A DNA stretch of 63,086 nucleotides, filler included, from Octopus bimaculoides (Eukaryota), in the NCBI RefSeq assembly GCF_001194135.2. It is 4 parts of 3 records of this genome, joined end to end, with 100 filler letters (N's around TTAATTAATTAA, not from the genome) between each part and the next. Parts side by side here need not be neighbours in the genome. Positions count along the whole stretch, not along the records: positions 22,439 to 42,166 come from NC_068985.1; positions 42,267 to 53,181 come from NC_068982.1; 2 more parts are not named here. One strand, written 5' to 3'. Each line of letters starts with the position of its first letter. The stretch's first letter is position 1. Below the pieces are notes generated by a model that saw nothing but the letters and a program-made list of their open reading frames with translations, did not search any database and was not told the origin of the DNA. Both the position numbers and the translations under genes were made by a program. Shown here piece after piece: positions 28,820 through 42,495 of this stretch.

Positions 28820-28988
28820 ATCAATTACTGATTTCACAGGTAGGTGACAGGTTTCAGTCTTCACTCTCTGACCTTTGAGTTTCATAAACTTCTTAAACTG
28901 GCCTGTCTTCACCATTTCAAATTCTTTCATGTACGACTTTTCTAAATCTTGTTGGATTTTCTTTCTATCTTCATCTCTGGTTATTTTC
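28820..28988 (-). CDS. Probable exon of M13-like peptidase gene (exon c)
   Basis: cttcattcttag acceptor and consensus GTAAGT donor, 169 nt, phase 2-0: KITRDEDRKKIQQDLEKSYMKEFEMVKTGQFKKFMKLKGQRVKTETCHLPVKSVID. Loosely resembles the M13 NITIPQEERRD..KMTLAEL..PIVVYD segment. Confidence 0.55.
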
Positions 28989-29692
28989 CTAAGAATGAAG
29001 ATAACCTCTCTTTAATCCCGTTATCTAGTTGTAATGAATCCTCGCACGGACGAGGGTTACTCTTCTAGCTTTATATGAATCCACTCGTGTCATTATATTC
29101 AGGTCAGGTGATATATATAATGAATTTATATGAATTTATGATAAAGTAGATCACAGATTTATTACCCAGTTTTATTCAGCAGTTAACTGTTGTTTTTCCT
29201 TTCTGCACCTACATATGTTTCTGCAGCAATTAATGCACACTGCACAATGCGCATTTATTGTTAATTGCTACGTGCTCTGAGTAGAGTCAACTGCATTTTT
29301 CAGATGGAATCTAAATTGACTACAACTCCAGCCGAAATTTACCATACACGTTGTGTTGTCATTATTCCAAAGATAGTTTAGATCCTGATGTTTTAAACTC
29401 TGTTGATTAAAGGCAAATTGAGTTGCTGTCCAAGGACGTTTAGCAATTTGCAGACATACTCCATGCTTGTTATTACCATCACTCTCCCTAGTATTACTAC
29501 TTCTACTATTCCTTTTAGCAATGTTTAATATTGTTAATTATGAGCTATAAGTCAATAATTTCATTTGCTAATTACATAATTAAATTAAATCTATTCAAAT
29601 TTAAGGATATCGTAAATTCTATTCCCTAATTATTCTGTAATCCTGAGGAAATTATACCCCATAACATCAGCTATTCTGTTGCACATTTTTAC

Positions 29693-29853
29693 CATCTGGA
29701 ATATATGTAGATGAAACTTGGAGAAGTTTCTCGTATTAATCTCCAGGTCACACACTCTATCCAGCTTTGTGGTTGCCGCTCCTTGTCGACCAGGTCATCT
29801 TTGCTGCAAAATGTTAACGCAAGCTGGCTTATAGTGAATTGCTTGGACATTTC
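29693..29853 (-). CDS. Probable exon of M13-like peptidase gene (exon b)
   Basis: ttttaatgcag acceptor and GTAAAA donor, 161 nt, phase 0-2, only one frame open: EMSKQFTISQLALTFCSKDDLVDKERQPQSWIECVTWRLIRETSPSFIYIYSR(W). It splices in frame to the next exon, recreating TGG. Confidence 0.5.
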
Positions 29854-30241
29854 CTGCATTAAAATGAACGTTATTTCCTTCAGCTCATTTATATATAGCT
29901 TCTATGTCTGTAGGTATTTCTGTAGTCTAGCTTTTGCTTCGGTTCAGTATTGTAAATATGAAACGGAGATTTTATGTTTAAAAATGTCATGGCTTATACT
30001 AGACGTTTTTGCCTAGTTACAGAAGAAGTTTATTTGGTAAACGAAATCAAATTAAATTTGCCATAAACTCAGAAAATATTCATGAGGTGAAGTAGGTTGT
30101 AACAAAGAATGTCTGTTTGCTATGATCGACATGTGGTTTTGCAAAATAGACACATTATAGATAGACCGAAATAATATTACACATTGTAAAAGTATATAAA
30201 GTCGGGATTTCCCTATTTTGACCGGATGTGATTGACTGATA

Positions 30242-30500
30242 TGGAGGCGCAATGCCCCAGTGGTTAGAGCAGAAGCTTCGTTGTCGTGGGATCGCCGTTT
30301 CGATTCCCAGACCAGGCGTTGTGTGAAAACACCTAAAACTCCACGACGATCCAGCAGGGGGTGATGGTGAAAGTTGATGTACTCTTTCGCCACAACTTTC
30401 ACTCTTCCTGTTTCTGTTGTTCCTGTATTTCGATAGGCCAGCTGGCTGTTCCGTTGATTGGATCAATAAAACTCTCGTCGTCGTAACCGACGGAGTGCCA
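30242..30500 (+). mobile_element. tRNA-like SINE, family C (3' fragment also at 9858-9900, minus strand)
   Basis: ggaggcgcaatgccccagtggttagagcag...gtttcgattcccagacc (A- and B-box-like)...ctcgtcgtcgtaaccgacggagtgcca. Confidence 0.8.
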
Positions 30501-31009
30501 CGACTGGCTGATATGGGACATTTGACTTGCTTGAAAGTCATAATAGTGAGTCGATAGGTATTATCAGGTTCATATCAAATTGGCAGCATTCGCAATCAGT
30601 TGGTGCACAGTAGAGAAAAATATTTGGTTGTAATTACTTCAGGAATTAACAAAATTCGAACTTGGGATCGTAGAGATGGAAACATTTTCAATAAGATTCT
30701 TATCACATAAATATTTTGGCGTAAAATATTTTATTTCGTCTTTAACATATCAGCAGTCAGGAATATTATATATAAGAACAATTTTGAATTGCAATGTAAT
30801 TGATAAAAGTGAATGTAGCATTAAAAATGTCTTGTGTTTAAGGAAACATTCAGAAGGTTAAGATATGACTCGTTTTCTGAGTTTCAGGTAAACAAATTAT
30901 TGAAATACATAATCACAGACATTATTTCAGTATTGTCTCTCTCACTCTCCTTCACCTCTCCTCTCTCTCTCTTCCACTTTAGACACATACACGCACATGC
31001 GCACACACG

Positions 31010-31043
<34 letters not shown>

Positions 31044-31627
31044 CATAAACGCCCAAACACACACATATATACATACATACACACAAGCACATACGCACAC
31101 ACACATACACATATATATATATATATATATATCTATGCATACATACAAAACACACATATATACTCTTACTCAAACATTCATTCAAAATAAAGTTTTTCGT
31201 CATATTTACATGAAATTTTCAATAACGTTTACGGTATTGTTAGTGAGAGAGATACTAATGCAAGAGGTGTTAAGTAAAGTTGGCTCGCTGTCAGACAGTT
31301 GTGGAAAATTAAATAACATTTTATTAATTTATAGAAATGTAATGTATTCACCTCAATAATTGAATTTATTAATTTGAAAAGTTGAAAAGGCCTTTGAATT
31401 GAGGTGGCAAACAGACATATTTTAAGTGGTTTTCAATATTAACTAAAGAACATTTACTGTTGGCGGACTCAATACAAAACAAAAGATAAAATTTATTATA
31501 AATTTATCTTGTCCTGGGATTTCAGATCTACGTAGGGCATAATGTTTTTACTGTCTTGTTATATTTAAAAGATGAATTCCAGAGTCTTCAGACTGAGATC
31601 ACTTCACGCTTGAACTACATTGCCGTG

Positions 31628-31712
31628 CTGATAAATAGTATGATAAATAGGCTGAAAGTGAGCTGATAAATGGTATGATAAATAGTCTGAAAGCCAGCTG
31701 ATAAATGGTATA
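31628..31712 (+). repeat. 35-bp tandem repeat x2.4 rich in TGATAA
   Basis: Units start at 31628, 31663 and 31698. Confidence 0.8.
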
Positions 31713-31714
31713 AA

Positions 31715-31880
31715 GGCCAGTAATTTCAGGGAGAGGGGTGAGTTGATTACATTTCCCTTGACCACGGAAGAATTAAAGCAAGGTCGACCTCGGTGGACAT
31801 TGAATTCAGACCGTAAAGACGGACGAAAAACGTTTAAGCATTGTGTCCAGGGTGCTAATGATTCTGCCAGCTTGCCAATT
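31715..31880 (-). mobile_element. SINE family A
   Basis: aaggtcgacctcggtggacattgaattcagaccgtaaagacggacgaaa...gattctgccagcttgcc. Confidence 0.75.
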
Positions 31881-32559
31881 TGTCGATAGATCTAATATTG
31901 GCTTTCAAATTTTGAAATTCGATGTTATGATTAACACATACAATACAGCACAGCGTTGCTTCTCGAAATCCGAATTTAATGTTCAAGGAAAGGAATTATA
32001 TAATGTAGAACACAATCCTATTATGAAAAGTATGATAAGGAATACCACATGTTTGGTAGAAATGGGTAGTCGAGCGTATTACGAAGAGAAAATAACATAT
32101 ACGTCTATAATAATATCCGATGTAAATGTTGCTCGCTTACTTGATTAATTTGTCAAGCACTGCTATATGTATTATAAGGAAAGTAAAAGACAGAGTAAGA
32201 GAGAAATAAAGTGTCATAATTAGCGATGCAATTTTGACTGCACATACACGAATTGGATGCAGGAGAAGAGGAGGTAGAAAATTACAATTCATATGGTAAG
32301 AGTAATAATGCAAATGAGAAATGTTTTGCATATAATTTTAAGGTAATAAATATAGTTCTCTTTAAAATTATTATTCACTTTGTGATCTGTAATATAAACA
32401 ATATTGATAAAATTTATATCGTATGAATTTATATGTATAGATGCAATGTCATCTGATATTACCGAAAGGGACAAAACTATTCTTCTATAATTTCTCGGCA
32501 TATGACTGGTGATTTTGAGAAGAATTCATTGATAACTTTTAATAGTTGAACTAAGAGTA

Positions 32560-32745
32560 AGTCGGCGAGCTGGCAGAACCGTTAGCAAACATGCTTACCG
32601 GCATTTCATCCGTCTTTAGGTCGTGAGTTCAAATCCCATCGTTATCGACTTTGCCTTTCATTCTTTCGAGGTAGCTAAATAAGTACCAGCGCATCGATGT
32701 TATCAACTTACCTCTACCCCTGAACTTTGTGTACCAATATTTGAA
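32560..32745 (+). mobile_element. SINE family A
   Basis: ggcgagctggcagaaccgttagc...gagttcaaatccc...gactttgcctttcattctttcg. Confidence 0.75.
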
Positions 32746-33227
32746 GAGGAAAAATATAGTTAAACATTAACAAATTGAGATTTTGAGAAATTCCAATGTG
32801 AACTAACAAATAAGCGTTATGTAATTTTTCTTATATGTGCGTATATATTTTGTCTCTTATGTGTCTGTTTACTCGGTAATTAATTATTTCATTGAGTTAA
32901 GGGATACCTGTTATATGTATGTCAGTTTTGTTTTTATTTCGTTATCGAGGTAGTTGGTAAGTAATTTAACATAATTAAAAATATATATCTTGTGTGTCTG
33001 AAATCCTGTGGGCTTTCCTGTACCCAGAGGCTTATAAATTATTATAGAGAATTACATCGTATACATAAGATTTTAAACTTTATAATATATGAAAACAGTT
33101 ACGTTAGTGCAATTTACTGCTGCTTTTTATAAAGACCTCCAAGAAAACATTTATACATCTGTTAAGTATGTGGTAAATCGCACAAGCTGAGGTGCAAAAC
33201 TCTCGATACAATACCACGCAAACTCAC

Positions 33228-33276
33228 GGACAGGACTGCATTGATGTCACTTCTGATGAATACAAATAAAGTGTGT
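33228..33276 (-). CDS. Possible exon of M13-like peptidase gene (exon a)
   Basis: tcgtag acceptor and GTGAGT donor, phase 2-0. Translates HTLFVFIRSDINAVLS, loosely like M13 PFFSVYVSAD. Phase is compatible with the exon at 29853. Confidence 0.3.
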
Positions 33277-34890
33277 CTACGACAATGCACATAAATAGGA
33301 ATTGTAAATGTCTGCGTGTTTTCTCTCATTCTAAGGAGGTTGCGATTGTACATGGGAGGAACTAGAAACGAATATATATCAGCATTGAAATTTGACAATG
33401 CTATTGCTCTCTTGGAAACGATGGTATCGGAAACAAATATAAATAAGAATACCAAAATATCGAAAATATATTTTAAAGGAAGGAACGATTTTGCAATGAA
33501 ATGCAAGAAGCTTTTCGCCATACAAAATCTGCATAAATATGTGATGTGGAAACTTCTAGAGGAGTATATGTTGAAGTACATATTTATGTTTATCAAAAGA
33601 CAGAAATTTATATATATATATATATATATATATTTAATGTTATTATATATTAGGAACGGAAGCAACCTTCCGAAAAGTATTTTCTCATTCGACCTAGAGA
33701 CGTTCTTAAAAACTTAGTGAAGTGCAGTTAATTGTGCAAATATTATTAATTCATTTTAAGACACTTATTTCACTTATGTTGAATAGAAACATACATTTAC
33801 AATATACCTATCAAAAAGCTGTCCATATGTAGGCGAATGATAATCGCCTATATATAGCGAAGGTCTTTCGAGAAAAGAGAAGTTAGATATGTCCCACATG
33901 AGTGTATACAGATCTTATTTTCAGCAAAGCAATCCTTGCATTTCATGGCAGAAATGTAATTACAAATATCGCAGGAAAGAGAAAAGAGGAAGCTGTTTCC
34001 ATGGACATCTGTTCTCGTGGCAAGGTGAGATGCGTTAGCAAGTGTGACTGGAACACTGGGGCAGGTACACGCAAATGGCAGAAGAATGAGTCTACAACTA
34101 AAGGAGTAGCTAATGGAGAAATACTAACCAATATTTCCAAACACTGTATTTTGATCCTGGCAGAAGCGGTGAATGTAGTAAAATACATTTTCCAGGGATT
34201 TTTACATTTCAATTATCTTTATTAAAGCAAATTTACCAATCATTTCTCAAATTAATGAATTACGCACATTGAACTATAAAGGCACAGATTAAATTTACAG
34301 CAGGAAATGCACGAATCGTGAAGAAGTATTTACGGGTCTGATAGGAATTCCACTATCAGGACGTTCAAATGTATATCGACGGCGAACTAGAGAACTAGAT
34401 ATCCGTGAGATAGATTTGAGCAACCATATAGCATCCTACAAGGTACACAGTCCAAGTGAAATTGAGAGAAAAATCGGAGTAAAAAACTTTATTAATATAT
34501 TCCAACCAAAGTTAAATGAACAATAATACTAATACTTAGAGGTACTATGTCTACTGCTACGACAACTACCACTAACTGCAGCAACAACAATACTACATGT
34601 GCTCATGATGACGATAATAGGAAAATACTAGCAATGTCAGAATACAAGAGAGTAAAACTAACATTATTTTTAGGTCTAAATTTCTATAAAGACAACTTCT
34701 CCTACCCACCACCACCATCACCGCAACTAAAACCAACAACAACAATAACAAAGGAGATGTTAATGGTGATGATATTATTACCGTGTCATATTAAACATAT
34801 ATCTTTCTAAATTTGAATATTATTTTCCTGTAAATAGTATTGACAATTTTATAAATTTATTAATGATATAAACACACACACACATACACA

Positions 34891-34941
<51 letters not shown>

Positions 34942-36496
34942 NNNNNNNNNNNNNNNNNNNNNNNNNNNNNNNNNNNNNNNNNNNNNNNNNNNNNNNNNNN
35001 NNNNNNNNNNNNNNNNNNNNNNNNNNNNNNNNNNNNNNNNNNNNNNNNNNNNNNNNNNNNNNNNNNNNNNNNNNNNNNNNNNNNNNNNNATAGTTGAAAT
35101 TTACACAAAATCAAAAGACAAAAACAAGTGAATGAACATCTAGAAGATTTATCAGTTTGACACTAAGGAAAGTTAGAAAATCTTTTAGGTTTCGATCCTA
35201 GGCTCTTCAACAGAAACTAATATGACAAAATAAACACAGAGAGAATAAAAAAAGAGTATAAAAAAGCGTGTGGTATTAGCGATCAATACAGTGGTCTCTC
35301 CAGTTTTTAGAAGACGTATAAGGGTTCGACAAACAAATGATTTTTTTTATAATGACCAAATGTTTGTGTGGACATAAGCTGACACTGTCCATCAGATCAA
35401 AAATACATGTACACGTGCAATGGGTGCCACATGTCAAATGTCTAAGTCATCGTAGAGCAACGAGAAATGAAGTGCTCTTTTGAAGAACAGAACGCAACAC
35501 CCGATATCGGAATCGAAGTCACGATCTCACAATCATAAGTGCAACACCTTAAGCACTAATCCATGCGCCTTCACACACGCATAATGATATATAAACGCAT
35601 ATACATAAATGTGTAAGTGTGTGTATAAGCACATGTGTAATTATATTCTTAACTACAAAATCTGATCCACACGCGCATACATACACAAACACCTACATAC
35701 ACACACACACACATATATATAAATAGGGAGAAGAAAAAAACGATCGACATACATTCACATACTCTCAAACGCACACATGCGCATATATTGCTATACTATT
35801 TTACATATATGCGAAATGTTTCAGAGAACATTCATGCTCAGCAGTAAATTATATATAAGGAGAAAATATTCGGATCTGCTGGAAACTTCCGTTGAAAGTT
35901 ATTTTCAACTTGAATACATATCATATAGACAATGAAGAAGTTCTATTTTGCGTGATGACTTTTAACAAACGTAATCACATCTAAATTCTAAACACGAAAT
36001 ACACACATCACGTATTTTGTTAACCCTGTACTGTACACCATGCGTATAGACTTTTATATAGCTTGTTGTTGCATGCTTGAATCTATGAAATTCATTGAAA
36101 ACCACGAAGGCAATGAATGTCTGTAGAACTATGTTTGTTCATTTGTTCACAGAATATTTGTGAAGATTTCTATAATCAATCATTATATTATAGAAATTGA
36201 AATATGTGATTTGTCGAATTATTTTGTTAAAAATAAATCAGCGTAGTGTGTTTTGAATATTTTCGAACCAATGTAACATTTATATATATTTTTTCTTGCA
36301 TGTTACCATGAGTATCTACACACGTGCGCGTGCACGGATACACGCACATATACACACTAAAACAGATATATATGGGCTTGGGTATGAACAAATGTGCACT
36401 GAGTCTTCTTGAGAATGGAAAGAATTGAAGGATAAACCAATTAAAAAGATAGAAAAGAAGAGATACACGCCGAAACGCATAAATGCGCACATATAT

Positions 36497-36640
36497 TTCT
36501 GAATTCAAATTCAGCCGAGGTCGACTTTGCCTTTTATCATTTCGAAGTTGATAATTTAAGTGCCACTTGCGTACTAGGGTCGATCTAATCGACCGACGCC
36601 TCCCCAAAAATTTCGAGCCTTGTGCCTAGAGAAGAAAAAA
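36497..36640 (+). mobile_element. SINE family A, 5'-truncated
   Basis: ttcaaattcagccgaggtcgactttgcc...gggtcgatctaatcgac...ccttgtgcctagag. Confidence 0.8.
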
Positions 36641-37468
36641 TATAAATGGAATGCATCTTACTGAATTATAAATTCAATTTCTCCTTTCGTTTAAGTCTTG
36701 AAATTCGTAGTGAACCTCGGTTGATATATCATAAGAAGACATCATTGTATCTGAACATTCATATGTTCCATTTTAATTTTGTTTTTGAAATCGCTATATT
36801 TATTTTGAATAATTTACTGGCAATATTTCAAATATTTGAAGACAAATTTACTTTAGGTTATTACCAAGAACAAGAGTAAAAGTTGTGATCAGAAATAATA
36901 CTTCTATAATTCAAAAAATTATCAATTATTGTACGTTCAAATAAACGACACATTTTTTATAGCAGACTCTGAATATGTCTAAAAATGTCTGATTTTGGAT
37001 TTAAAAAATACAGGAGAATAGGGCTAATTATGATATTCATCACCATATTCCCTCTCAGATTCACACCCTTATTGCACCTCTCCATCAATTTTTCTAAGGC
37101 CTATAAAAAGAACTCGAATAGATTGGCCTCTAACCAGGCTTTTCGCGATGACCTTAAAGGTAGGTACCTTTCAGCACCAACTCGGAGTCTTTTTACTCTG
37201 AAAATATAAATAATATAAGTTTTAACCTACACCAATGCAATTCCATATATAGAACAGTTTAGGGGAAAATGTACGCCGTAAATATAACTTTAGGAGCGTC
37301 TAGGGCACGATAGAAATTTGCTGTTTTCTATGCATATTTATATGTATATGAATACAAAGACAGACGAATATAAGACACAACTATATATACTTACACAAAC
37401 AGTAAATGCAGATCCATGTATGAGTGTGCATGCTTAAGTATAGCTGCATATATTGGAAGGACGTGTAA

Positions 37469-37516
<48 letters not shown>

Positions 37517-38702
37517 ATAAATAGATAGAGAGAAAATTATTAATATTTGCGCGATCCTCATCCATAATTTTATCTATATATGAATGTGTGACTTCATATA
37601 TTTTTACCGCACTTTCACCGTATCGAGCATACATCAGATGTTGTTATACACCGCTGGTCACAATATACTTCGAATTATTTTTTACTTGCGCCATTTTTTC
37701 GCATCCACGTGGATGTTTTCCAAGTGGGTTTTTCCGAACTGTTGCATATTGCTCGGCAACAGCATATATTTGTGAACGTATATATGTATGTATATATGTA
37801 TATATGCATATGTGTGCGTATGTCTGCTATATATATTTGCATGTATTTACTCAAAATGGAAGAACGTATTATGTTTTGAATTTGTATTCGTTAAATATTC
37901 TGTAAGTATAAATTACATTAGGATAAAGACAAAATGTTACCACTTCATCTTATAAATAATATTTTTTCATTCTTATCCTAGTAAAACGGACGTTAGTATT
38001 ATCCTGTCGAACTTATATCGTTGAATTATATATTTTTTCTTCTTGGATTTTAACCCGTCTCTTCATGAGCCATTCTATAAACTAAATTTTCTGTTCATAG
38101 TATGATTCATATCAACAGAGTAACTTATATTCCCATTAATGATATCTTGTATTTCTTCTCCTTTAAATATACCATCTTATTCTAGATTTAAATATTTTGT
38201 AATATATTCTCAGAAACTGTGATTAATTATTCGGAGAGACACCAATTAGTCGAAGATTACGAGGTCGATGAATCAAATTACTTCGGTACACTTCGAAAAT
38301 ATAGCCTAATAAATGGCTGTTTTCTGTGAAATTGTGTGTTTCATGATACGATTGCTGTGCATCGTATTATTATGGATAGTAAACTGAAAGGAAGACATTC
38401 AGAAGTAGTAAATTAAAGGGAAACCTACCAGGAAAAAGAAAACAAAAATAAGTCAACGATGTAAAGGAAAGCGAAATATATCAAATTATGCAACTGATGT
38501 TATCAATTGAAATACAAACATATGACTAAACATTAAACAAGTAAGAGTTTCTTCAGAAATAAGTCACAGATTATAGTAGTAAGGTTGTAAAATCAAATTG
38601 AATGTGAGGGGATGTTTAAGATGTTGCGAGGAAATATTATTTACACTGATGTTGACTTCAAGATGATAAGATAATGTAGGATGGTTGAATATATGTACGT
38701 AA

Positions 38703-38742
<40 letters not shown>

Positions 38743-39148
38743 GAACACTTATATCCCAGTTTGCAAGTATTTGTGTTTATAAAAATATATGTGTATCGTG
38801 GTTGGGTGTGCATTTATTTACACACACACACACACACATATATATATACACACACACACACACACAAACAAACACACACAAACATATATATACAGTATAT
38901 ATCACGCAAAGTGTGGAATACCTTCCATATAAAATAAAACATGACTAGACGTAATTTTTAGTTCTCCATTATGTGCGTATGATAAATACACTACTGATAT
39001 TATGATGGTGATGTCTGAAGGATTCTTTACGTACCTCAATGGATGGAAAGGAATATTCTATTGTATTCTGTGGTCTGTTTACGCTCATTTTGTGTAACTT
39101 AGAAGCAGATAATCATAAATACATAGGTATATATGCATACATTTATAT

Positions 39149-39181
<33 letters not shown>

Positions 39182-42100
39182 NNNNNNNNNNNNNNNNNNN
39201 NNNNNNNNNNNNNNNNNNNNNNNNNNNNNNNNNNNNNNNNNNNNNNNNNNNNNNNNNNNNNNNNNNNNNNNNNNNNNNNNNNNNNNNNNNNNNNNNNNNN
39301 NNNNNNNNNNNNNNNNNNNNNNNNNNNNNNNNNNNNNNNNNNNNNNNNNNNNNNNNNNNNNNNNNNNNNNNNNNNNNNNNNNNNNNNNNNNNNNNNNNNN
39401 NNNNNNNNNNNNNNNNNNNNNNNNNNNNNNNNNNNNNNNNNNNNNNNNNNNNNNNNNNNNNNNNNNNNNNNNNNNNNNNNNNNNNNNNNNNNNNNNNNNN
39501 NNNNNNNNNNNNNNNNNNNNNNNNNNNNNNNNNNNNNNNNNNNNNNNNNNNNNNNNNNNNNNNNNNNNNNNNNNNNNNNNNNNNNNNNNNNNNNNNNNNN
39601 NNNNNNNNNNNNNNNNNNNNNNNNNNNNNNNNNNNNNNNNNNNNNNNNNNNNNNNNNNNNNNNNNNNNNNNNNNNNNNNNNNNNNNNNNNNNNNNNNNNN
39701 NNNNNNNNNNNNNNNNNNNNNNNNNATATATATATATATATATATAGTTACACATACACATATATGTATTTGTGTGTGTGTGTGTACTTAATCTCACATA
39801 TTTTTATGCAGATTCTTTGGTTAGTATTTTAGGTATGAATAACCAAAATATATCTGATAAAACCATTCGATAAGACAACATAATTTAACCTTTCTCTTCC
39901 TAAATACTTTCCCAAAGAACTGAGAATAGTATATATGATTGTCACATTGCTAATATGAATTTCCTCCCATCCGACGTTCTACTTCCCTCAGTATTATAGA
40001 ACTACTGATGTGCATTTCATTAGAATCACACCCAGCTCCGTTCGATATACATGTTTTATCTTATATTGATCAGCACTAACCGTTATTCTGTATATATGAT
40101 TAAATGTTAATTTTCATAACCAATATTCTCTATCGTGAGCCATCAGAAATGTATTCACATTCCTATTCTAATTGATTCATGAAATAACTTATTTGTATAA
40201 CACATTTTTGCTATTTTAACTATAAAGATAAAACATCGGTTATCAAGTTTTTTCGTCTGCTTACAATGAAGAATTCATAAACATACAATTCTGATATGTT
40301 CCACAAATTTTCTGTGAAATGATTCTCTAAATATATTTTGGTTATGGAAAATGTTTTGATGTTGCTGAATGATAAGTCTGTATGTATGTCAATACAAGAT
40401 GGTCATCGCAAACGTCCGTATGTTAATGAAAATATAGACAGTACTTAGGTTTTTACAGTGTCCTAGAATGCTAACTAGTTCTACACCCTCGCAAAAGTCT
40501 ATCAGATTATCGATAAACAATCATTATTTACAGTGTCTACTTTGCTTACACTTTCAGGAAACAAATTGCTTGCTGATCGATTTTTTTATCGGTTGGTAGA
40601 TATAAGCACCCTTCAGCAACCATTTGTTTGCAGAAAGTATAAACAAAGCCGTCAGCTCAGAGTTCGGGCTACTAGCTGAAGAGGCAAAACATGTCGAAAC
40701 TGCGGTGTCTTAGAAGACTATGCACCAACGAGGTGAATGTGGTGAACGCATTACTGTCATAATAGCAAGCAATATTCTCCTAAGACATACAATACACCCC
40801 TTAACATATTCTGCTTCTGAACTGAATCTACAAAATATCCGTTTCGTTATTTATCTATAAATAAATATGCATGTAAATATGTATGTACACATAGATACAC
40901 GCAAACACATACAAACACACGCACACATACTCAAACACACACACATGTATACAGTTACTAAGCGAAGATGGTCTGAACATAGTTAATTACTTATCACTAA
41001 AATCAGTTCATCATAACATTATTAGTTGTTCATTGTTGTACATCGTATATGATATATCATGTTACTGCCAGAACGAGAGCAAATGTCTATGCATATATAA
41101 ATGCACCAAGTGATAATTTCTAGCATTTAGGGAGAAATATCTTTCCATCATTAAAAAGCATCTGCAAGACATTGCCCACCCCTCGCAGACATTGACTGGA
41201 GCTTGAAAAGTAAAAATTAAAAAAAAAGAAGGAAATACTGCATGACGTTGTCAGAGCTACAGAATTGCAACCATGCAATACATCTTCAAAATCATGTAAT
41301 TTATGCTTAGATGTATCTCTAGCATCATATTATGCACCGATAAAACCATTTACAAGCTCCTTTAAATATAACGGAATTCGGAAGTAATGTTTTATTTTCA
41401 TCACGTGGTGAGCAATTTGTTTTTCGTTTCGCACGCGAGTTCTGGACCCCGGTAATGAACTCATTTGCATACAGACAATCAGAGCAGAGCTACCTTTATC
41501 CTTTCTTCTTTTCTAGTCTGCACCGTGCATTTCTTACTCCTTCCGTCTCTACTAGCAGACAGCAACCAATTTGTCACTATCACACAAAAAAGTAAATTCC
41601 TAATCCTGTTTCCTAACTGAGTGAAAATGATCAAACTTTAAACCTCTATACTTTTTTGAAAACGTTTTTCTGGAAATACATGAAACAATTCCAGCAATTC
41701 AGTTTCGGCAAATGTATTACTGTGCCAACCTGAGAGTAACCAGTGATCATCGGAGGATCAAGACCAAGAAAGAAGAAATATTATTTACATATATCTATTC
41801 GGTTGTCCGACAGGTAGTTAGAGGCAGTAGTCTTGCCATATAAACATACGCACTATACATCTTTCTTCATTTCAGATTTCATTTATTATTGTTCCTATTT
41901 TATGTGCTTCATATGCAAATCTTATGTCTCACATCATATGACCTCTTTAGCGAGTCTAATTCCCACACTGGTAATGGCATGCAATAAAGCATGTTCAACA
42001 CCTCCTCACATATATATAGATAGAAACATTACGAATATTTATGTCCCACTGTGTGATAACATTTGATATAGCCGATGCTCAGTTTGGAAAGAAATTGTAC

Positions 42101-42495
42101 GATATATATTTCCTTTTTCACCAGATTATATCAAAACACAAATGCATATATATATATATATATATANNNNNNNNNNNNNNNNNNNNNNNNNNNNNNNNNN
42201 NNNNNNNNNNTTAATTAATTAANNNNNNNNNNNNNNNNNNNNNNNNNNNNNNNNNNNNNNNNNNNNTATATATATATATATAGTCAATTCAAATAAACAA
42301 TCAATTTAATTAGGCGAATAAAATTAACGGACAACAAGAGGACGTGCACATGGACTGTAATAGCTTGATGCTCGGTGAAAAGAGAGAGTTTGATGTTTCG
42401 AGCATAGTTTCTTCGTCGGAAATGAGAAAGGGAAAAGTCCAAAGAAGGAAAAGAAATCGCCAACAGCACATGTGTAGTTACATTGCTGAAGCATA

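Noticed and set aside
30242-30320. tRNA gene (A/B boxes; also 46910-46970)
   Set aside because: No complete cloverleaf. The sequence continues into SINE bodies that recur in the window.
40691-40732. MSKLRCLRRLCTNE|GTGAAT as first PDE coding exon
   Set aside because: Plausible signals, but no homology, and the required downstream catalytic exons are not visible.
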